Assembly: GCA_963778625.1 (NCBI GenBank)
Contig: CAVZVB010000014.1
Location: 340,849-404,848, forward strand
Direction of reading: 5' to 3'
Length of the DNA: 64,000 nucleotides
Source of the DNA: an uncultured Alphaproteobacteria bacterium
Lineage (GTDB): Bacteria > Pseudomonadota > Alphaproteobacteria > Rhizobiales > Afifellaceae
Position 1 is the first letter of the stretch. Each line of letters opens with the position of its first letter. This document shows, piece by piece, positions 57,808-64,000 of the stretch. The notes below the pieces were generated by a model that was not told the DNA's origin, made no database searches, and was given only the letters and a program-made list of their open reading frames with translations. Both the position numbers and the translations under genes were made by a program.

Positions 57808-57874
57808 CTATGGCCGCGCCGGGCGGCGTGGTCAAGGCGCCGCTTCAGACGGTAGTGTCTCAGTTTGAAAACTC

Positions 57875-57900
57875 TTCGCTAACCGGGTTCGCTAACCGGG
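57875..57900. repeat. perfect tandem direct repeat 2 x TTCGCTAACCGGG upstream of ligA, at the left edge of the low-GC islet
   Basis: Seen directly: CTCTTCGCTAACCGGGTTCGCTAACCGGGAGGGTCC. Confidence 0.6.
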
Positions 57901-58103
57901 AGGGTCCAGGCCGGCGCGGCGTATGCCGGCCCGCACGCCCATGAGAAATGGTGTCATGTTGGCACGCGTCGCCGGCTGTGCTGGCGTGGCCGGGATCGCT
58001 CGAATCGGTACCCTTGATGGCTTGGAATCCCACGATGAATCCTGACCTGAAGTCGTCATGAGGGACATCGCCTTTTCTAGTCACGGCAGCACCTCCTGTT
58101 TCG

Positions 58104-58532
58104 TTAGCCGTCCGGTGTAATTGTCGGCCACATCCCGACGATGTTCTGACAGTTCGCCTCGACCTCTTTAATACGCGCCGCCGTCGCCTTCACGCCTGGA
58201 TAGAAGCTGCGGGAGCCGATATCCAAAACACTGCAATACGGTCCCCACACAGTTGACGCACCGGCGATGTGAGTTCGGCACCACTCTTGGACCATCGCTG
58301 AGACGATGCCGGCGGTGTCCTTGTTCAGATGGAAGATCGTGGGGAAATGCAGCTTCATCGCCCCTATCAGTTCCCCAGTCTTTCCCTCGCCCCGCAGGAG
58401 GATTTCCGGGCGAACGCTAATCTCAACGTTGTGGATGGTGTGCTTCGGCGGAGCATGTGCTCCCAAAGAGGGATCGCCGCCCTTCAAATCAATGTCGTCA
58501 AGCATGAGGAGGAAGGATTTCGAGGGCATCAA
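58104..58532 (-). CDS. hypothetical protein (islet ORF-B, 131-142 aa)
   Basis: MMPSKSFLLMLDDIDLKGGDPSLGAHAPPKHTIHNVEISVRPEILLRGEGKTGELIGAMKLHFPTIFHLNKD... No recognisable family. It overlaps ORF-A by 35 nt in another frame and may be one ~233-aa gene with a frameshift. Confidence 0.4.
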   Translation of the reverse strand: MMPSKSFLLMLDDIDLKGGDPSLGAHAPPKHTIHNVEISVRPEILLRGEGKTGELIGAMKLHFPTIFHLNKDTAGIVSAMVQEWCRTHIAGASTVWGPYCSVLDIGSRSFYPGVKATAARIKEVEANCQNIVGMWPTITPDG

Positions 58533-58803
58533 TATTCGATGCGATGCGCCGCTGCGTGCCGATCTTCTCCGGCTTCATCTGGCTCAAAATGTTAATCTGA
58601 TTTTCAACAACACCAATATTCTCAAGATTTGATACAATGCATGACGAAATCGCTTCTGCGGCTTCTTTGTAATACATGCCCTTATAATCTGTTGGATACT
58701 TCTGATCACGCAATATTTGTCGTTGACGAGGGGCTTTAGCCGTAGTAAATTCAGCAAGCTTATTTATGCTGATGCGCGGAGTTGTGAGTGTTTTCTTCGC
58801 CAT
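58498..58803 (-). CDS. hypothetical protein (islet ORF-A, ~101 aa, ~40% GC)
   Basis: Internal start MAKKTLTTPRISINKLAEFTTAKAPRQRQILRDQKYPTDYKGMYYKEAAEAISSCIVSNLENIGVVENQ... preceded by a GGGGG RBS. Confidence 0.4.
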   Translation of the reverse strand: MAKKTLTTPRISINKLAEFTTAKAPRQRQILRDQKYPTDYKGMYYKEAAEAISSCIVSNLENIGVVENQINILSQMKPEKIGTQRRIASNIDALEILPPHA

Positions 58804-58826
58804 CGCTAACCCCCAAGGTGTGCGCC

Positions 58827-59066
58827 ATGGACGAGCATTTTGCCGCAATGCCCATCTCCAATTCAACCTGCCTTTGTGTAGGAGGGATCACGCACGTAGA
58901 GGCGGAAGTAGCCAGGTCAGATGGTCACGATGTGGACGGAGCGGGCTACTATCTCTTTCTTGCGCGAGCTGATGCGCTTCAAAGCCCGATTCGACTTCTG
59001 GCCAAGTTTCTTTCGCCGTCAGAAGCGGAAAGCTTCGCTCGTATGATTGAATATCGAACGGCCTAA
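58827..59066 (+). CDS. hypothetical small protein (islet ORF-C, ~79 aa)
   Basis: MDEHFAAMPISNSTCLCVGGITHVEAEVARSDGHDVDGAGYYLFLARADALQSPIRLLAKFLSPSEAESFARMIEYRTA. Divergent from ORF-A. No family recognised. Confidence 0.35.
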   Translation: MDEHFAAMPISNSTCLCVGGITHVEAEVARSDGHDVDGAGYYLFLARADALQSPIRLLAKFLSPSEAESFARMIEYRTA

Positions 59067-59089
59067 GCCGCGATCTTCTTCTTGTAGGT

Positions 59090-59853
59090 CTTCGCCGACG
59101 TCGAACGGTCCCCAGCCGAAGCGATAGCCGGTAAAGAGCACCCAGGTCGCCTCCAGCGCCCGCTCGGCAAGATTGGACAGAACCGCGATCATGATCAGCG
59201 CGGCAACGGCCGGGTAGGCGGCGACCTTTACGAAAGCGCCGACCGGATTGGCGTCCTTCAGGCTGAACGGCCGGCGGTTCTCAGGCTTCAGAGATTCCGG
59301 CAGCACGAAATAGCCGAAGAGGCAGTTGGCGAGCGACAGACAGGCCGCGACGGCAAAGGGGACGCGCGGGCCGATCTCGCCGAGGACTCCCCCGATCACA
59401 GGCCCCGCGATGAAGCCGACGCCGAAAGCGGCGCCGATCAGGCCGAAATTCTGCGCGCGCTTCTCCGGCGGGCTGATGTCGGCGATGTAGGCGGAAGACG
59501 CGGTGATGGTCGCTCCGAACGTGCCGGAGAGGGCGCGCGCCAGCACCAGCCACCAAAGGTTCGGCGCGAGCGAGAGGATCACGTAATCGACCCCGAGCGC
59601 CGCGAGCGAGATCAGGATGACCGGCCGCCGTCCGAAGCGGTCGGAGAGCGAGCCGAGCGCCGGGCTCGCGATGAAGTTCGTGAGATAGTAGACGCCGACG
59701 ATGATGCCGTAGAAGGTCGATGCCTCGGAGACCCTGCCGCCGAGCATCGACTCGACGAGCTTCGGCATGATCGGAAAGACGATGCCGATCCCCACCATGT
59801 CGATGAAGACGGTCACGACGATCACCGCGAGGCTGGCTTGGCGGAGTCTCCAC
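59090..59853 (-). pseudogene. MFS tetA-like efflux transporter, 3'-truncated (N-terminal ~6 TM only)
   Basis: ...VIVVTVFIDMVGIGIVFPIMPKL...SLSDRFGRRPVILISL...TGYRFGWGPFDVG then runs into islet-derived sequence (EDLQEEDRGLGRSIFNHTSEAFRF*) in place of TM7-12. The probable ATG at 59853 is in another frame (frameshift). Confidence 0.75.
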
Positions 59854-60048
59854 TTTGGTGCCGTCGCTTGTTAATGACGCCGCGCGCAGAGCGAACTTCG
59901 CCCTCTTCTACGCCGAGCCTTAGCGGCCAAACCGGTCAGATCAAGGCAATCGCCACTTGCATTTGAAGCAACATATAGTTGTATGCGTGCTTGGCTCGCG
60001 CGGAAACCATCTCCGTCGACGCCGTTCGAGAAATCGGGAGGTATCGCC

Positions 60049-60783
60049 ATGCCAAGCCAAAAGACGATCTTTGCCGCCTTCAACCAAGGCGCTGTTCCGA
60101 CGGTCGCCTGCGTCAACAAGGCCAAAGTGGCGCTCGGCGTCGATTTCAGCAAGCTGGTCGCGGCCCTGCAGAAGTTCCTGGACGATTGCTTCGTGCCCGT
60201 GTGGGGCGCACCAGCCAAGCTGATCGTGGCAAAAAGCGTTCCGGTCGGCGCATGGGCGATGCTTTTTCTCGACGATGCCGACGCAGCCAACGCGCTCGGC
60301 TATCACGATTTGACCAAGGACGGCCTTCCCCTTTCAAAGGTCTTCGTCAAGACAACGCTGGACGATGGGCAGAAGGTCAGCGTCACCGCCTGTCACGAGC
60401 TCGCCGAAATGATGATCGACCCGGCGATCAACCTCTGGGCCGAAGCGCCCAACAGATCGTTCTACGCTTACGAGATGTCGGACGCTGTCGAGGAAGAAGA
60501 ATTCGAGATCAACGGGATCGCGATGAGCGACTTTGTCTATCCCGCCTATTTCGAGGGATTCCGCACACCCAATTCGACGCAATTCGACTATCTCAAAAAG
60601 ATCAGCCGCCCCTTCCAGATCCTGCCTGGCGGCTATTCGATCATCAGCAAGAACGGCAAGATATCGCAGAAATTCGGCTCCGCCGCCAAGCGCAAGCGGT
60701 TCGCGAAGGAAGACCGTCGGCAGCACCGGAGCTCCTTCCGTCCGGAGAAGGTGCATCTTAAGAAGAAGAGCAAGGTTCGCTGA
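60049..60783 (+). CDS. hypothetical protein, 245 aa, basic C-terminal tail, lower GC (~57%)
   Basis: MPSQKTIFAAFNQGAVPTVACVNKAKVALGVDFSKLVAALQKFLDDCFVPVWGAP...VSVTACHELAEMMIDPAINLW...AAKRKRFAKEDRRQHRSSFRPEKVHLKKKSKVR. No family recognised. Confidence 0.5.
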   Translation: MPSQKTIFAAFNQGAVPTVACVNKAKVALGVDFSKLVAALQKFLDDCFVPVWGAPAKLIVAKSVPVGAWAMLFLDDADAANALGYHDLTKDGLPLSKVFVKTTLDDGQKVSVTACHELAEMMIDPAINLWAEAPNRSFYAYEMSDAVEEEEFEINGIAMSDFVYPAYFEGFRTPNSTQFDYLKKISRPFQILPGGYSIISKNGKISQKFGSAAKRKRFAKEDRRQHRSSFRPEKVHLKKKSKVR

Positions 60784-60806
60784 GAGGCGAGCCTTCGCTA
60801 CGAAGA

Positions 60807-62469
60807 CTACCCTGCGATCAGCCGCTCCGCGGCGGCGCGGGCCTCGTCGGAGATCGTCTCGCCGGCAAGCATGCGGGCGATCTCCTCGCGCCGTTCGCGG
60901 CCGGCCACCGGCTCGACCTCGGTCGCGACGCGCTTGCCGCGGTCGACCGCCGACTTGGTGATGAGGAAATGCGCGTCGGCTTGCGCCGCGACCTGCGGCG
61001 CATGCGTGACGGAGAGCACCTGCACGCGCTCCGCAAGCCGCGCGAGCCGCCGCCCGATCGCCTCGGCGACGGCGCCGCCGGCGCCGGCGTCGATCTCGTC
61101 GAAGACAAGCGTCGGCGCCGAGCCGCGATCCGCGAGCGCCACCTTCAGCGCCAGAAGGAAGCGCGAGAGCTCGCCGCCCGACGCGACCTTCATCAGCGGG
61201 CCCGGCTCGGTGCCGGGATTGGTGCGCACATGGAAGGCGATGCGGTCGAGCCCTTCGGGCGAGATTGTCGCCGCATCCGTCTCGCGCGCCACGATGAAGC
61301 GCGCCGCCTCAAGCTTCAGCGCCGGCAGCTCGGCGTTGACGGCGACCTCAAGCGCCTTCGCCGCCTCGCCGCGCCGCTTCGAGAGCGTCAGCGCCGCCTT
61401 GGCGTAGGCGGCAAGCGGCTGCGGCGAGCGAGGCTTCAAGCGCCTTCAGCCGCTCGCCGCCGACGTCGATGTCGGCGAGGCGCGCGGAGAACTCCGCCGC
61501 GACCGCCGGAAGGTCGTCGACCGCGACCTGATGCTTGCGGCCGGCGGCGCGCAGCGCAAAGAGCCGCTCCTCGCTGCGCTCCAATTCGCCCTGATCGAAT
61601 TCGCAGGCGCGAATCGCGTCGTCGAGCCCGCGGCGCGCCTCCTCCAGATTGTCGAGCGCCGCGCCGAGCGCGGCAACCGTCGGCTCGAGCAAGCCGGGAA
61701 GCTCGCCTGACTTCCGCTCAAGCCGCCGCGCGAGGCCGACGAAGTCGGGAATCGGCGAGGCGCTTCCGCCGAGGATCTCGTGCGCCTCGTTCAGGTCGTC
61801 GCGATCCTCTCCGCCCGCATCAGGAACTGCCGGCGCTCGGCAAGCGCCGCCTCCTCGCCGAGCTCCGGCGCAAGCGCCTCAAGCTCCTCCACCGAGGCGC
61901 GGAGATAGTCGGCCTCGCGGGCGGCGGAATCGATCTTGGCGCGGAGCTCGACCGCCTCCGCCTCAAGCGCCCGCAGGGCGCGATAGCGCGCGGCGACGTC
62001 TTCCGCGTCAGGCTCAAGCCGCCGAAGGCATCGAGCAGGCGGCGATGCTCCTCGGCGCCGACCAGCGCGCGCTCGTCGTGCTGGCCGTGGATCTCGACGA
62101 GCCGCGCGCCGATCGCCCGCATCAGCGAGACGCCGCAGGGCTGGTCGTTGACGAAGGCGCGGGTCTTGCCGTCGGCGGTCTGCACGCGGCGCAGGATGAG
62201 CGCCCCTCGGCGGCGATGCCGTTCTCGGCGAGCAGCGCGAAGACCGGATGGCCGGGTTCAGGCTCGAACACCGCCGTCACCTGGCCGCGCTCGGCGCCGG
62301 CGCGCACCAGCGATGCGTCGCCGCGCGAGCCGAGCGCCAGCGCAAGCGCGTCGAGCAGGATCGATTTCCCGGCGCCGGTCTCGCCGGTCAGCACGGTCAG
62401 CCCGCCGCCGAACTCGATCGCGAGCCGGTCGATGAGGACGATGTCCTGAACGGTGAGACTCGCCAGCAT
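60807..62469 (-). CDS. recN: DNA repair protein RecN (multiply frameshifted)
   Basis: MLASLTVQDIVLIDRLAIEFGGGLTVLTGETGAGKSILLDALALALG (ORF 62122..62469). Coiled-coil middle in ORFs 61820 and 61348. C-terminus LMKVASGGELSRFLLALKVAL...LVFDEIDAGAGGAVAEAIG...QVLSVTHAPQVAA (ORF 60807..61439). Confidence 0.85.
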
Positions 62470-62482
62470 GGCGGGCCGAAGT

Positions 62483-63340
62483 CTAGCCGCGGCCGAATGC
62501 CCGGGAAATCCAGGAGCCCTTGTTCTCCTCAGGAACGACGCCGGCTTCGCCGAGGATCTTGTAGGCGTCCTTATACCAATCGCTGTCCGGGAAATTGTGC
62601 CCGAGCACGGCGGCGGCGGTCTGCGCGTCCTGCACGAGGCCGAGCGCGAGATAGCTCTCCGTCAGCCGCTCCAGCGCCTCCTCGACATGCCGCGTCGTCT
62701 GGTAGTCCTCGACCACCGACTTGAAGCGGTTCACGGCGGCGAGGTATTCGTGGCGCTCCTGGTAGTAGCGGCCGATCTGCATCTCTTTGCCGGCAAGCTG
62801 ATCGCGCGCCACCTCCATCTTGTGGCGCGCATCGTCGGCATATTCAGACTCGGGATATTTCTGCACGATGACGTTCATCGCATCCATCGCCTTGTTGGCG
62901 ATGTCCTGGTCGCGCGTCACGTCGGGGATCTGGCGGAAATAGGATTCGCCGATCAGGTACTGCGCGTAGGCGGCGTCGTCGCTTGCCGGGAAGAGCGTCA
63001 CGTAGCGCTGCGCGTCGTTGATCGCGTCCTGGTATTTCGCGCGGCGGAAGTTCAGGTAGGCCGACATCAGCATCGCCTTCCGCGCGTAGTCGGAATAGGG
63101 ATGCTCCTTGTCGATCTCGTCGAACTTCTTCGTGGCCTGGCGCGCGTCGCCGGCGTCGAGGTTGGCGAGCGCCTGATTGTAGAGAACGTCGGGCGGATCG
63201 ACGTTGACCTCCGTCTCCGGCTTCTTGCCGCCGCAGGCGGCAAGGAAAAGCGCGACGGCCGGCACGAGCATCACGCGCCGCGACGCGGCGAGCACCTCAA
63301 GGCGGCGGAAATCCGAGCGGGCATGCGGTCCAAGTTCCAC
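62483..63340 (-). CDS. bamD: outer membrane protein assembly factor BamD
   Basis: Lipoprotein signal ...LFLAACGG and TPR-like YfiO body (YNQALANLDAGDARQATKKFDEIDKEHPYSDYARKAMLMSAYLNF...). Intact. The start may be the internal M at ~63274. Confidence 0.85.
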   Translation of the reverse strand: MELGPHARSDFRRLEVLAASRRVMLVPAVALFLAACGGKKPETEVNVDPPDVLYNQALANLDAGDARQATKKFDEIDKEHPYSDYARKAMLMSAYLNFRRAKYQDAINDAQRYVTLFPASDDAAYAQYLIGESYFRQIPDVTRDQDIANKAMDAMNVIVQKYPESEYADDARHKMEVARDQLAGKEMQIGRYYQERHEYLAAVNRFKSVVEDYQTTRHVEEALERLTESYLALGLVQDAQTAAAVLGHNFPDSDWYKDAYKILGEAGVVPEENKGSWISRAFGRG

Positions 63341-63522
63341 TAGACGCGCGCTCGTCCTATAGCGGACGCGGCGCGGCTGTCAAAGCCGTTCACCACCGAA
63401 TGATGGCCGGGCTGTGGCTAAACTGCGGCGTTTGAGGCTGGATCAGAGCACTTCCGGGGCGAAGACCGGCGCCGCCAGCCCCTGCGCCGAGCTCCGCGTG
63501 GCCCTCCTGACGGGTCTCGCGC

Positions 63523-64000
63523 TCAGCCGGCTCGGAAACGGGCGACCAGGCGTCGCGGCGGCGAAAGCAGGGCGGAAAGCGCCAGCGCGTTCAGCTTGTG
63601 GCCGCCCTTGTGCGAGCGATAGAGGCCGAGAATCGGGGCGCCGGCCAACGCCAGGTCGCCGATCGTGTCGAGCACCTTGTGGCGCACGAACTCGTCGGGG
63701 AAGCGCAGCCCCTCCGGGTTGACCACCGCGCCGTCGCCGATGACGACGGAATTCTCAAGCGAGGAGCCGAGCGCAAAGCCCGCCGCCCAGAGCTTTTCCA
63801 CGTCGCGCATATAGCCGTAGGTGCGGGCGCGCGGCGATCTCCTGGCGGAAAGTTCTTCGGCGTGAGGTCGATCCCAAGCGCCTGGCGGCCGACGACCGCG
63901 CAGTCGTAGTCGATGCTGACCTCAAGGCGGAAGCGTCCAAGCGGGCGGAACTCGGCGAAGGCGGCGCCAAGCTCGACGCGGACCGGCTTGTCGACGCGGA
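63523..64000 (-). CDS. lpxC: UDP-3-O-acyl-N-acetylglucosamine deacetylase, C-terminal part (frameshifted; continues beyond window)
   Basis: YMRDVEKLWAAGFALGSSLENSVVIGDGAVVNPEGLRFPDEFVRHKVLDTIGDLALAGAPILGLYRSHKGGHKLNALALSAL (ORF 63523..63810). The upstream segment VELGAAFAEFRPLGRFRLEVSIDYDC is in another frame. Confidence 0.75.

Larger units (their letters stand above)
57901..59090. other. low-GC (~40-55%) horizontally acquired islet inserted at a truncated MFS gene; 3 uncharacterised small ORFs
   Basis: Sharp GC drop relative to the ~67% flanks. The right border coincides with loss of the MFS gene's 3' ~150 codons. Confidence 0.5.

Noticed and set aside
57860-58084. 74-aa minus-strand ORF at the islet's left edge
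   Set aside because: It spans the ligA promoter and the tandem repeat, has no RBS, shows amino-acid composition typical of random GC-rich frames, and has no recognisable family. Retained only as part of the islet description.
58306-58632. Plus-strand ORFs inside the islet (58306..58632, 58329..58595)
   Set aside because: Antisense to islet ORF-A and ORF-B. Stop-free by chance. The AGGAGG-like sequence at 58507 noted on this strand is probably coincidental.
63414-63722. 102-aa plus-strand ORF
   Set aside because: Antisense to the lpxC 3' region.

Overview
High-GC (~67%) alphaproteobacterial chromosome segment, most likely Hyphomicrobiales/Rhizobiales. The lineage call rests on a BA14K protein, DUF1127, a permuted tmRNA, SspB-alpha, and a divergent miaA/serB arrangement. 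Content is mostly housekeeping. Genes found: a dctPQM TRAP transporter; leuA; a PhzF-family gene; a CPA1 Na+/H+ antiporter; ilvC; ilvI-eamA-ilvH; two adjacent c-di-GMP turnover proteins; miaA/serB; degP-hflC-hflK; folA-vapBC-thyA; a two-piece ssrA (tmRNA) beside sspB; fumC; asmA; a ClC channel; uvrD; a mazEF-like module; prmA; pepP; ligA; recN; bamD; and the 3' part of lpxC. Two points stand out. (1) More than 20 conserved genes (ligA, recN, uvrD, fumC, hflKC, miaA, serB and others) carry one to several frameshifts while their translated segments remain highly conserved. This is most simply explained by indel errors in the assembly rather than real pseudogenes, so coordinates of frameshifted genes are approximate. 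(2) A ~1.2 kb low-GC islet (~57.9-59.1 kb, 40-55% GC) carrying 3 uncharacterised small ORFs sits between ligA and an MFS tetA-like gene, and the MFS gene loses its 3' end exactly at the islet border. This islet is my best candidate for a novel accessory system. A lower-GC orphan 245-aa gene at 60.0-60.8 kb lies just beyond the MFS remnant. Other accessory signals: a vapBC pair wedged between folA and thyA; a DUF3018/PemK (mazEF-like) pair that truncated a flavodoxin-like gene; an RHH antitoxin-like ORF fused in an operon with a compact RecD/Dda-like helicase; and a leader/terminator (attenuator) structure in front of ilvI. No CRISPR arrays, rRNA or tRNA genes were recognised by eye.
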